From: Octopus bimaculoides
Lineage: Eukaryota
Length of the DNA stretch: 64,000 nucleotides
Direction of reading: 5' to 3'
Assembly (NCBI RefSeq): GCF_001194135.2
Contig: NC_068989.1
Coordinates: 8,163,886-8,227,885, forward strand
Under the pieces are notes generated by a model. It made no database searches. It was not told where the DNA came from and saw only the letters and a program-made list of their open reading frames with translations. Shown piece after piece: positions 51,114 through 64,000 of this stretch (its first letter is position 1; each line of letters begins with the position of its first letter). A program made the position numbers and the translations under genes.

Positions 51114-52116
51114 AATATTCTTATATGAGAGGTATGTAACCTACTTCAAGTTTCATGATCGTACAGTGCAGTAATCAGATGGCCACGAATAGTACAACAT
51201 GCACAGATTGGCGATCGTTACTGATCAAATGATATGGCTACTCCTCAACCAAATATGAGAAAAAACGAGAAAAATCACGGGACAAAATGAGAAAACGTTT
51301 GGGGAAAAGGGATATACATTATGTTCCTTTAATCCGTTAAATGAAGGATTTTGTTAATGTTAATATCAAGTTCTTGTTTTCGATCTAGACGACGCCCCAC
51401 TCACCGATAAGACGCGTGGTTTAAGTGTATTAAACCGTGCCAACAGTCTACGTCCACTAGGCATACTTCTTTTCGGATATAAACACTCGACATTAACAAT
51501 AATTGAATCCTTCTCTTCTGTTTGCATCCAAGTTACTTATACTGCTATCAACAACCGCGATACTAAAGGCATTACATGACTATCCATGCTCTCAATATGC
51601 CTGTCATCTGATATGAGCTTATTGTATGCACATCAGCATCTCGACGTATAAAAATAATTTAAGTCAACATACAGGCCTGTTGCCTTTGACTTCATATAAT
51701 AGAAGCGTTTATCATTTTATAATGGAATCGATTTCATTCAACGCCAGTTTAAAATCATTAGTCACCTCATTCTAATCACTTTTTTAAATGAATAAACTAG
51801 TTACAAATCAAAGCAACTAAGTTGCACAAATTTTAACATGAGCTAATTGAATATTTTATTGTCTCAACTAATGTAATTTAATTGTGGAAAACAATTCAAC
51901 ATCCATAACAACAAAATGGTTTTTTCATCTTTTCCCTTTCGATGTTTTTATTAACGTAATGTCCTTTACTTCATCGCTTAATACACCGGAAGGTTATTTT
52001 GTTTTAAAACTAGCAATAAAACTAATTTAATTTAAATTTAATGAAGCGAATGTCATGGTACTGATGTACCAATACATTCATTTATAGAATGAGTTAATAT
52101 TGCATGTAATATTCTA

Positions 52117-52484
52117 TTCTACTCTTCGCACAAGGCCTGACATCTTGGGGAAGGCGCTTGTCGCTTACATCGACCCCAGTGTTCAACTGGTACTAATTTT
52201 ATCGATCCCCAAAAGATGAAAGGTAAAGTAGACCTCGGGGGAATTTGAACTCAGAGCGTCAGACGAAATACCGTAAGTATTTCGCTTGCGTGCTAACGTT
52301 TCTGCCGGCTCACCGCTTTTATCCTTTCTACTGAAGGAACAAGGCCCGAAATTTTGTGGGTGAGGTGGAGTGGGGGGCTTTTCGTTTACATCGACCCCAG
52401 TGTTCAACTGGTACTAATTTTATCGACCCCTGAAGGATGAAAGGCAAAGTAAACCTCAGCGGCATTTGACCTCAGAGCGTAAAG
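52117..52484 (-). mobile_element. Tandem pair of SINE family B copies (52117-52319, 52325-52484)
   Basis: Share an identical 41-mer at 52165-52205 and 52386-52426. Confidence 0.9.
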
Positions 52485-52850
52485 AGCTTGCTTCCCAACC
52501 ACAAGGTTCTGGGTTCAGTCCCACTGTGTGGCACCTTGAGCAAGTGCCTTTTGCTATCGCCTGGAATTGACCAAATTCTTGTCAGTGGATTTGGTTGACG
52601 GAAACTGAAAGAAGCCCGCCGTATATATGTATGTAAGTGTGTGTGTCTGACTGTGTTTGTTCCCCCACCATCGCTTGACAGCCGATGCTGGTCTTTTTAC
52701 GTACCGGTGACCTAGCGGTTCGGCACAAGGGAGATAGAATACGTACTAGGCTTACAAAGAAGAATTCCTGGGCGAGGCGATTTGTTCGACTAAAGGCGGT
52801 GCTCCAGCATGGCCGCAATCAAATGACTGAAAAAAGAATAAAGCAATAAA
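52485..52850 (+). mobile_element. SINE family A lacking its first ~20 nt, fused to family B
   Basis: agcttgcttcccaacc...gggttcagtcccactg...aaaggcggtgctccagcatggccgc. Confidence 0.92.
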
Positions 52851-53771
52851 ACAATATATATATATATATATATACATTCACGTTTATATGTTTGTATAGG
52901 AATATCGGTATCACATATAACCAGAATTATTGATCTCATGATATGGATGCAACATTATAGATCTGCGAGAAATGCAATTTCCTGTTTTTCTTTCTGATTT
53001 TTATTTGTATCATTTTACAGAAGTATATTTATCAATGGAACGCTGTAATGACAGCAAAGAGTTAGTTGGCATGAGTTAGGCGTTCGATTAAATATGGAGG
53101 CAGAATTTTTTTTCGCACACTGCAATCCAATGACATCTCGCATACGAACAAATGTACCATTTAGTACTGCACTATAATATTCTTATTATTTGCGTTCGTG
53201 AGATCCCTTTCAGCGTCTTCATATTTAATGCACGGATTCACACAGTGTTTACTCATTTTGCAACATTCTGCTCTTTATAATTGATTATTTAATTCATTTA
53301 AATTTCTTTTTTCTTCCTTTCTTATGTATTTCATTTATTTATTACAATATTATAAATGTTCCGATAACAACTCTGTTGGTATCTCAAGTGGAGTAAGTGA
53401 AGCAACGTCAAGCAATTTAAAGATTTATATCTTCCACTAACGTTTGAATTTCTCTCTTTTTCTTTCTCTCCTCTCCAAGGTAGCCCAGACAAAAACATGT
53501 ACAAAAAAAGGCAATGCATATGGATTTACTCTTCATTCTCTGTATAAATATAAATNNNNNNNNNNNNNNNNNNNNNNNNNNNNNNNNNNNNNNNNNNNNN
53601 NNNNNNNNNNNNNNNNNNNNNNNNNNNNNNNNNNNNNNNNNNNNNNNNNNNNNNNNNNNNNNNNNNNNNNNNNNNNNNNNNNNNNNNNNNNNNNNNNNNN
53701 NNNNNNNNNNNNNNNNNNNNNNNNNNNNNNNNNNNNNNNNNNNNNNNNNNNNNNNNNNNNNNNNNNNNNNN

Positions 53772-53831
<60 letters not shown>

Positions 53832-54026
53832 ATACAATTTTATGATTGGTGTTTAAGCCCGTCATGTAGCCATATATAACAGATTTCGCGTTGGACTCCG
53901 AACATTCGAATGCTGTCTAGAATGCGGAATTGGCTACAATATTTGAACAGAGCAAAATGCACTTGAAAGAGAACCAAGAAACTATATTATGTGTGATATC
54001 AGATATATTATTTATATGGACACACA

Positions 54027-54072
<46 letters not shown>

Positions 54073-55568
54073 TACATATGTGTGTCTGTATGTATATGTG
54101 TGCGTGTATATATATGCCTGCGTATATATCTCTGTGAATATATATGTATGTATATATATATATGTATGAATAAGCATAATGTAAAGCGGCTCTTAGCTCC
54201 CTGATTTCCCCCTCGTCCTTCCATATAAAATAGTGAATGAATTAGGATTTTATTTTCCCCCATTACATAAAAAGATGTCTTCAATAACTACGAAAGAAGT
54301 TTTTGGCTACGCTAAAGATGGGACGACCGTTGAGAGACACTTTAGAGACTGAATACTATAAATTCATTTATTGATTCTTGAAGGAATTGAACACACACAT
54401 ATTGTGTCTTGCGTTGGACATGTGGTGTTGTTCCTGTGATTTTCCACCCTTATGTATCCATTTTTGCTGTAAGATGTATATATNNNNNNNNNNNNNNNNN
54501 NNNNNNNNNNNNNNNNNNNNNNNNNNNNNNNNNNNNNNNNNNNNNNNNNNNNNNNNNNNNNNNNNNNNNNNNNNNNNNNNNNNNNNNNNNNNNNNNNNNN
54601 NNNNNNNNNNNNNNNNNNNNNNNNNNNNNNNNNNNNNNNNNNNNNNNNNNNNNNNNNNNNNNNNNNNNNNNNNNNNNNNNNNNNNNNNNNNNNNNNNNNN
54701 NNNNNNNNNNNNNNNNNNNNNNNNNNNNNNNNNNNNNNNNNNNNNNNNNNNNNNNNNNNNNNNNNNNNNNNNNNNNNNNNNNNNNNNNNNNNNNNNNNNN
54801 NNNNNNNNNNNNNNNNNNNNNNNNNNNNNNNNNNNNNNNNNNNNNNNNNNNNNNNNNNNNNNNNNNNNNNNNNNNNNNNNNNNNNNNNNNNNNNNNNNNN
54901 NNNNNNNNNNNNNNNNNNNNNNNNNNCACACACACATATTTGTGCATAATTGTATGTAAATGCATGTATCAATGTATGTATGTTCGTATGCGTGCATGCG
55001 TATGTAGTCGTAGTTTTATCAGGACACATCAATTTTACTCACAGAAGCGTCGAACGTGCTTTCTAGAAATGTTTATTGGGGAACTTGGATAAATCCATGA
55101 ATCCATTCGTCAGAACAGACACACACACACACACACACACAAACGCACACACACACAAACGCACACACACACACATGTAGACAATCCTTCCCGTGCACGT
55201 CCTTATACACATATACGTATATATTGAACTGTTATAAATTGTAAGGTAAGAGAATCAAATCGACTTGTATTTGCGCATATGAGAATTCAGTGGTGAAATG
55301 ACATTGATATTAAGCAAGTAAATATGAAGTTAATATGTCCTAATCAATTTTGTTCGATGAAATGTCTATCCTTTGAGCCACGACTCAAGTGTCATTCAAG
55401 ATCTTTGTACTACAGGAAATCCGAAACTTATACAAATTTTTCCCCTATGCATTAAAGCTGATATGGATTTGGACGAAATCACTCTCTGGCTTGTATTCTG
55501 TTTCTATTAAATCATGTGACCACATTGAACTCCTCTTATTGGTCGTTTTCCGTGTAGCTAGCTGACGA

Positions 55569-55793
55569 GGGTGTGGCTGCGTGGTAAGAATTCTGCCTGT
55601 GTTTGTCCTCCATCCGTGTTGATGTATTTATGTCACCTTAAAATAGCGGTTCAGCAAAACAGACCGATAGAGTAAGTACCAGGCTTTAAAAAATACGTAT
55701 TGGATTGCGAACGATTCCTTCAAATAAAAATTCATCAAGGTGGTGCCCCAGGATGGCCACTATCTAATGACTGGAACAAGTAAAACATAAAAG
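55569..55793 (+). mobile_element. SINE family A, internally deleted
   Basis: gtgtggctgcgtggtaag joined to tagcggttcagcaaaacagaccgatag...caaggtggtgccccaggatggccac. Confidence 0.75.
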
Positions 55794-56542
55794 ATGATTT
55801 ACCAAGAAGTATTCAGGTTCACCGTTATGAGATGACAAGGGTATTTTCGGCAATCCTTCGCATCTGAAATTAGATATTATTCTCTCGTTAATTTACATTT
55901 CTATCTCTTTCCTTTGCGTCTGTTTAATTAGTTTTCTTCCTTCTTCTCCATCTGTCTCCTCATTTATTTCGTTTTCCGTCCTTGTTGTTTGTGTTTTCAG
56001 TTGCTATCCTTCATTTTCTACCACTCGTTCTTCCAATGCAATTATATATCGTTCAGTCTCGTCATTTCATTTCTATTTATCTTTTGTCTCCCTTAATGCT
56101 AATTCGAAACTCTATCGTCGCGTTTCTATCTTTCTTTTACTACCTAATTCTCTCTCAGCCCTTTAACATTTCTTTCTTTCTTTCTTTCTCCCCTTCTTTC
56201 TCTTTCCTTGTCCTATTCAACATGGTTACCTTAAATTATTATTTTTCTTTATATTTTCTTTGTGTTCCTTACCGATCCTATCCTCCCCTCTGCTGTTTTT
56301 TTTTCTTGCTTTTCTTCTTTCATCCTCTTCGTACCTCCTTCCCCCACTCCCCATGTTGTCATCAATCTCATTGCCTTTATCCTTTGAATACTCCACCCCC
56401 TTTCAGTCATTTCCTTTCATCATTTTCTGTTTCTTCCTTGACAATACAATAGTTTATTCCCTTCTACCTATCTTGCCATTCCAGTTCCTACATAGCCTGA
56501 TGCTTTTATTTTTTATTTTTCTATGTTCCTTTTAGTTTACTT

Positions 56543-56550
56543 TCTTGCTT

Positions 56551-56620
<70 letters not shown>
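56543..56620. repeat. (TATC)n microsatellite within a pyrimidine-rich tract (~55860-56800)
   Basis: Direct reading. Confidence 0.95.
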
Positions 56621-56621
<1 letters not shown>

Positions 56622-57224
56622 CCCACCTATCTATCTATTTGCTTACTTAGCGTTCGTTGTTTTACATTTGTTTCCCTGATATTTTCCACTTTTCATTATA
56701 TGTCTTCTCCAATACTCTTTCTTCTCTTTCTTGTTTTCCATTTTTTCTGCCCCCGCCCTCGACACTCTCTCGATTTCATTTGTTCGATGCAATCATCGTT
56801 GAGAAATACCAGTCCAAAGTTGTTTATATCGTAGGCTTTTGATATCGTTATGCATTGGCATAAGATATCTTTTGATAGTCTCACCAACGATGATTATTAA
56901 CCATTCTCAAAGAGACTCGAAGTGAAAATCTCGACGATTCATTCTATTTGCTTCTTATTTATCCAGGTTCGTTATAAATCGGTGATACTAACGCACACAT
57001 AAACACTCGCTTACTTACGAAATCCCTTACTCACACACACAGCAACTTACATATGTACGCTTAATATATTCATAAGAATATCTCGTGTAATATATGTATA
57101 TGCGTATGCATACATGTGAATGCGTGTGTGTGCGTGTGAGTGCGTATTTACACATACGGATATACATATAGCGTTTCCAATATATTAGATAATAAATATA
57201 ACGCGTGTGTGTATACATATATAT

Positions 57225-57560
<336 letters not shown>

Positions 57561-57850
57561 GCATACACACATATATCGGCACACACAGAGAATAGATGGA
57601 ATGAAAGTTGCTTGGGTGATACAGTAAAATTTCCCAGTTTATAAAGAAAGAATTTGTGAACGAAGCTTGTCTTGTCATTAAGAAAGCGTCCAACCATAAT
57701 TAGCGAAGTATCTTTCAGACATTTTGCACGATAGATAATGGTCATATTTCTCTATTGATATGAAGCAGTAAAGTAATCCGCTTATTTCTCATCCAAGACC
57801 TCTTTCATATAGCTTTACTACCTTTCCATTCTTCTACTTCTTGCTGTTGT

Positions 57851-57894
<44 letters not shown>

Positions 57895-59629
57895 TGTTTG
57901 TTTTATAGTAAAACTATTTTTGTAGTTAGCATCGAACTTAGTTCATAATACCTGTTCATGTTATGATTAGCCTAACGATAGCAAGCTGAGCTTAAATAGT
58001 AAACGAACGATTTTACTACGGATTAGTTCAAATGTTCACAGAGATACACACATACATACGGTGATCGGCTATCACATGCCATCATACAGCTAGGCTATTT
58101 CCATTTACTGGATATAAATGTGGAATTCTGTTAGTGTATACAGAATTTGGATAAAAATTTACAAAGCAGGAAGATAGAATCAACGGGCTTTAATTACAAA
58201 GCACAACAGTTGTTTCTGTGCAGTGGTAACAGCTGTTAGTTGCAGAGTTTACCATGTCGTACTATTACATAATTGTTTATATAGATAATTACATAAACAA
58301 ATATGATCCAACAGTTGTGTAGCGGCACGTCATCGGGTGAATGGTTTTGTTAGCGCGCGCACTCACGCACACACGCACGCACACATACTCACACACTCAG
58401 ACACACACATACTCATACATCACATATGAAACACAAAAATTGAGATTTAATCATAATTTAAGCGCTACGTACGTTTCAAATAACGTAGTGTATCTCAAAA
58501 ATGCTACAATGCAACATTTGTACACACATAATCGTTTTCATGTTTAATCTATTAAAAGTTTACAGAGAAGAACGCAACATCATCGTATTCTTATCAGACT
58601 ATATGACCACTAAAGCTTAATTAAGAATAGGATGGTGCTGTATCCCTCTCTGTACCATTTTAATCGATCAAATATGGGATCGATGATATCTTTGGTTTCA
58701 AAAATCGGCCATGGTATATATATATATATATATATNNNNNNNNNNNNNNNNNNNNNNNNNNNNNNNNNNNNNNNNNNNNNNNNNNNNNNNNNNNNNNNNN
58801 NNNNNNNNNNNNNNNAATTGTATCTGAATGCATTAATGAATCAATTGTGCTATGAATACATAGTCATCGGGAAGGAGAAGCTGTTTCCATATGACAAATA
58901 CAACACCGACTAACATATTCACATTCAAATCGTTCAAATGCATTAAAAACAGATATGCAAGTCATGATTTCAAATCTCGCTCTTCACCGCCCATATGACG
59001 ATTTGCTATACGTTGATCAGCTCTGATCTTTAAACAGTTTGTTTACTGATTTATAAACAAAGCCACCGGTTCTTGTCTGATTCACTAATCCTGTTTGTTC
59101 TGAATGATGAGCCACAACATATGGAAACGCTTATATTTCAGAATTCCTTGTAACAGTGTACCGTGTGGACAGTTGTGAACGCATAGTCGTTACAAAGAAG
59201 AAGCTTTCCTCTTGTGACAAGTACACCAGTGATTAGCATATTTACGTTCAAATCTGACGAAATGTATACAGAATAGACATGCAAGTCACTGTTTCGAATC
59301 TTGCTGTTCCCTGTACATGTGACAGTTTATCATCAATAAACTTATTTTTATCAAATCCAATACTGTAGTCAGCCGTATTACATTTAGTCGTATTAATTTC
59401 TTTTATATTTGTCAAACTATGTTTATGACATAGATCAGGGTATGTCCACATTAGGAGTGGAATACAGTAAGTTAAATAAACCACAGTATTTGACTGATAT
59501 TTAATTTATCAGTTCTTGAAAGATGGAAGACTATATGGAACTCAACAAGACTTGAACTAAAACTTGCGGAGTTCTTAGGTGCGTATTCTACTAGTTTTGT
59601 TATTCTACTACTCTGCGACTGTCTATAGT

Positions 59630-59830
59630 ACTGGTTTCAAGTTTTAGCACAAGGCTAACAAGTTCGAGAAAGGGATTAAGTCGATTATATCGACCTCAGT
59701 CCACAACTGTTACTCATTTTATAGACCCCGAAAGGATGAAAGACAAAATCAATTCCGGCGGAATTTGACTTCAGAAGGTAAAAAACTCATAAAATGAGTA
59801 GCTACAGATTGCTAAGCATTTTGCCCGGCG
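59630..59830 (-). mobile_element. SINE family B
   Basis: ttttagcacaaggc...taagtcgattatatcgacc...ccccgaaaggatgaaagac...gctaagcattttgcccggcg. Confidence 0.85.
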
Positions 59831-60229
59831 CCGATTGTCTATAAAATTGATACTTTAAGAAGTAAGATTTAGAACAAAACAAAACGGAACAATTTACTGT
59901 ATCATTTAGATTATCGAAATAGAGCAACGAGAAAAATGAGACGAAAACAAAAATAAATAAAAATAAAACATCATAATACACTTGCTTGTTGTCTCGTCAC
60001 CTGTCTTCGTCTTTTGTTTTCTGCAAATTTGAACTATATATATTAATATATTACATGTGTATGTATGTGTGCGTGTGTGTGTGTGTGTAAAAAGAATAAA
60101 AAGAATAAAAAAGAGAAAATGGAATAAAAATGTGTTAAGTGAGAAAACGATGTTGGATTCAGCTAGACACCATGACGAAATGAAAATGGAAACATGTTGA
60201 GTGAAATTAGTTGATGCTGGTTTGCAGAA

Positions 60230-60261
<32 letters not shown>

Positions 60262-61392
60262 AGCAGGGAAAAGCATAGGAAGGTGTAATGAAGAATTTGC
60301 AAATGTCTTCAAGCGAGTAAAATGTCAAGCGTGTGTGCAGGCTTGGTTAGATGTGTGGGCGAGTGGAAAAATCAAATATTGGAAGGGATAACGTGTGAAT
60401 ATGACCATGTATTTATGCGTAGAAGGAATATTTGAATACAGAACAGTGGTGAATGGGGTGAAGTATTATGTGTATGGGTGAGTGCTCCGGCCCGATGACA
60501 GCTTTTTCTAGTTTTTGAGACTGTGGAAAAAACACCCGAGCCTTGTGTCTTTCCAGAGCTTCTTCTGACGGTCATACAAGAAACAAAAGAAAGAAAGTAA
60601 GAGAGAAACGAAGAAAGGAACGAAGAAAATAAGGAAGAAAGCACCTTGGTGAACTGAGTCTGTGATCAGAATTCATTCTTGCCAATCCATCCGTTTTACT
60701 TACTTCGTTAATGAATTTAGAAAAGGAATGACGATGAAATCGAAGACTTTTCTTTCTCTGTTTCCCTCGCTCTCGAAATATCGAGACTTATTGTCTGTAT
60801 AAATGTCCATTATACTTTTGGAATTAAATTTAAAGCTACTGAATTTCGACTAAATCCAGCACGAACGTAAACTTTCTTGTGGAGGAATAGAATTATCGGT
60901 AGAGGCTGGTTGTGGCGACAATGGTGATAATACTAATACTGCTACCGTAATGAAAAGGATACTAATAAGGTTGTTGCTGCAGCCGTTGATGATGCTGTTG
61001 ATGATGCTGAGGATGATGCTGATGGTGATTATGTTAAGATGGGGGTCGTTTATTATTAGTTCAATGACAATCTACTGCAGTGTCAAGAACCATTAAGCTA
61101 AATAGACGTAATAGTTGAAAGTTATCTAATAAGGAATCGCAATGTGCGGTTGGAACATTACCAATGAGATTTAGTAGGTTATTGTAAAAAGCAGTCTTTA
61201 CTACCAGGACGTTAATATCATTGAAGGAATCATGGAATAACGGTAATTATTCACCGACGTTATATTCTTCCTGTTGGTTTAGTATACTTGGATGTAATAG
61301 AGTAATCCCTCGCCATATTGCGATTTATTATTTAAGCTTACGTCGTGGTGCTGTCTTGCATTTATATTAAAATAGATATATACAAGTTTATA

Positions 61393-61700
61393 GGCGCAGG
61401 CGTGGTTGTGTGGTAACTATTTTGCTTATCAGTCACATGGTTTTGGGTTCAGTCCCACTGCGTGGCACCTTGGATCAGTGTCTTCTACAATAGTTTCGGG
61501 CCAACTAAGGCCTTCTGAGTAAATTTGGTAGACGGAAACTGAAAGAAGCCCGTCGTGTATGTTTATATATGTATATGTTTGTGTGTCTGTGTTTGTCCCC
61601 CATCATCACTTAACAACCGATGCTGGTGTGTTTACGCCCCTGTAACTTAGCGGATCGGCAAGAGAGACCGATAGAATAAGTACTAGGTGTACAAGGAAAA
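61393..61700 (+). mobile_element. SINE family A, 3'-truncated
   Basis: ggcgcaggcgtggttgtgtggtaa...ggtagacggaaactgaaagaagcccgtcg...gaataagtactagg. Confidence 0.93.
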
Positions 61701-61759
61701 AAACTGCCTGGCTTGTGTCAAAATTTGAAATCAACATTTTACCTTTTTGATTGGAATGT

Positions 61760-62045
61760 CGCCGAGATCGACTTTGCCTTTCATCCTTTAGGGTTCAATA
61801 AAATAAATATCAGTTGACTACTGGGAAGATGTAGCCGATTTGCCCCGCCTTCCAAATTGCTACCTTGTGCCAAAATAAGAAAATAATTATCTACGAATCA
61901 ACGACAGTGGAATGGCGGAATTAGTAGTTTCGAACAGTATTTTTTAAAGTATTTAGTTACGATTCTTTAACTTTTGAGTTCAAATACTGCTAAGGTCAGC
62001 TTTGCTTTCTGTGTTTTTGTTGGCGATAAAATAAAGTACCAGAGG
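61760..62045 (+). mobile_element. Two SINE family B fragments (61760-61885; diverged 61900-62045)
   Basis: gccgagatcgactttgcctttcatcc...ccttgtgccaaaat; tgagttcaaatactgctaaggtcagctttgc...gataaaataaagtaccag. Confidence 0.7.
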
Positions 62046-62558
62046 TTATGTATGGAGGAGAATCCGTTTGTAAATTTTGGAACATTTCCCTATGCAGGAA
62101 GCAATTATTTTGCCATCCCTTCGACTCACCATCTAACCCCACCCCCTCACGTCTGACTTCTTTCTCTCCATTAGCTTTTTTTTTCTCCAAAAACTTTACC
62201 GCTGTTTTGTTATCGAAACAACTTTCAATTGGTAACTTCCTGATTTCCCTTTTCTTGCGTTCTTCTTCGTTGTTTTTTTTTTCCTTCTTTGTTGTTTCTT
62301 TCCATCTTTTCCTGCAAACTATTTTACTTTCTCTCGTCTTTTATTTCCTTTCATATTCCTCATTTAATTTCAAAACACATACGTACTCCGAGATGTTTTG
62401 TAATCACATACATACAGATGGGTATTCTACGTTGACCAATATTGTCGGAAAAGCCAAAAGGCAAAACACATGAGTTGCATCAAGCTCCAGCTTTGATTAA
62501 TTTTTATATTGTGTACCGAGTTAATCCTCCTTGGTAAGAAATACCACGTCCACACTGA

Positions 62559-62596
<38 letters not shown>

Positions 62597-62936
62597 NNNN
62601 NNNNNNNNNNNNNNNNNNNNNNNNNNNNNNNNNNNNNNNNNNNNNNNNNNNNNNNNNNNNNNNNNNNNNNNNNNNNNNNNNNNNNNNNNNNNNNNNNNNN
62701 NNNNNNNNNNNNNNNNNNNNNNNNNNNNNNNNNNNNNNNNNNNNNNNNNNNNNNNNNNNNNNNNNNNNNNNNNNNNNNNNNNNNNNNNNNNNNNNNNNNN
62801 NNNNNNNNNNNNNNNNNNNNNNNNNNNNNNNNNNNNNNNNNNNNNNNNNNNNNNNNNNNNNNNNNNNNNNNNNNNNNNNNNNNNNNNNNNNNNNNNNNNN
62901 NNNNNNNNNNNNNNNNNNNNNNNNNNNNNNNNNNNN

Positions 62937-63073
62937 CTAACCGCTATGTTACGGGGACGCAAACACACCACCATCGGTTGTCAAGCGATGTTGGGGGACA
63001 AACACAGACACACAAACACACACACACACACACACGCACACATACACACACACACACATACACACACACACAT

Positions 63074-63108
<35 letters not shown>

Positions 63109-63238
63109 CGACAAGCTTCTTCCAGTTTCCGCTTACCAAAATCCACTCACAAGGCTTTGGTCGGTCCGAGGCTATAGTAGAAGACACTTGCCCACGGTGC
63201 CACGCAGTGGGACTGAACCCAGGACCATGTGGTTGGTA
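62937..63238 (-). mobile_element. SINE family A with internal (CA)n
   Basis: aatccactcacaaggctttggtcgg...gtgccacgcagtgggactgaaccc. Confidence 0.93.
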
Positions 63239-64000
63239 CACAGGCATGCATATATGCATGCACATATGTCTATTTGTGTTCTCTATCTGTGTCAACTCAT
63301 ACCACTCAAAAGTTTGTGGACTTCTTATGTTCTGTAACCTAGCGGTTCGACGAATAGGAAATAGTAAAAGAAGAAAGAAGCAGCTGATTTGAAACTGCAT
63401 ATTTGTGCAATACGATGCACTACAGTGAGCAGCTGCTACCTACCCAATAACAGAAAGAAAGATAATAATGAAAGATATACACGTGTATACTTATGTTTCC
63501 GGGTAGGTGTGTCTATGTGTATGTGAATATATGCGCAAATGAAAAATTCAATGGCAAAAGAATAAGATGGAAGCAGGATCAAATAGATCTTTTGAGATGT
63601 GCAATTGTAAAGAACGCTGGAGACTGGAGACTAAACATTTTCTCTTTGTATTTGCTGTCAATTATTCGACCTGATGACAAAGAAAGTTCGATGTAGCTTC
63701 AAGATTTTTCAACAAATGAAGAGACTAACCTAGCGGCATTGTTTCACTTTACAACATGCAAGAAAGATAACAACCACTCAGATAGAGATCTCAGTATCTA
63801 CTTAGATTAACATTCAACTTGACTCGGTTTCACAAGTCGTTTCTCTAAATTGCCTTCAGCGGATATAATTCTTCATTTAACAACATCTACATTTACTTCT
63901 TTTAAAAGATCGATTCCTATTTGTGACACTTTTACAATTCAATCATATCTTAAATTGAATTAGACATCTAAAATAGATAGGAAGCTACAACAATAAATAA

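Noticed and set aside
51380-51500. Minus-strand donor G|gtgagt with open frames; 11-bp hairpin followed by CTAG (Helitron-like end)
   Set aside because: Weak acceptors, no homology, and the Helitron spacing and following base do not fit.
55982-56452. 156-aa hydrophobic ORF
   Set aside because: Product of a pyrimidine-rich low-complexity tract that lacks stop codons.
58082-58093. 12-nt match to the reverse complement of the miR-9 3' end; also a 10-nt miR-7-like start near 59524
   Set aside because: Partial matches only, with no precursor hairpin.
58461-58500. Minus-strand GAAA-C-GTAC-G-TA resembling hammerhead helix III; similar weak motif at 60168-60200
   Set aside because: No valid CUGANGA box or helix II.
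60440-60483. Exon-like unit ..TVVNGVKYYVYG|gtgagt resembling a cystatin QxVxG segment
   Set aside because: The catalytic-loop Q is absent, the acceptor is weak, and no other cystatin exons were found.
62504-62562. Minus peptide NQCGRGISYQGGLTRY resembling a LINE terminal zinc finger
   Set aside because: Too short, and the histidines are missing.

Overview
AT-rich, repeat-dense eukaryotic genomic DNA from a short-read draft scaffold. It has about 23 N-gaps (roughly 7.4 kb in total), nearly all flanked by TA/CA/GA/TATC microsatellites. The tRNA-derived SINE families and microsatellite load resemble a coleoid cephalopod (Octopus-like); this is inference, not a database result. No protein-coding gene, rRNA, intact tRNA or CRISPR array can be supported. 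Almost all ORFs in the track are translations of microsatellites or N-runs. Recognisable content: many copies of three tRNA-headed SINE families (A, B and C here), one unclassified repeat (E), a hAT MITE with 8-bp TSD, a decayed Tc1 transposase, and the 3' end of a probable RTE LINE with degenerate C2H2 fingers. The most interesting signals are non-coding. (i) Two type I minimal hammerhead-ribozyme-like motifs with palindromic helix III, as in Penelope-like elements and retrozymes (36370-36428 +, 49560-49599 -). (ii) A 121-nt foldback with 51-bp arms (17062-17182). (iii) A perfect 47-bp inverted repeat (37076-37441). (iv) A templated-insertion-like scar (46677-47076). A few weak candidate exons are flagged, and one exact 237-bp duplication is probably an assembly artefact.
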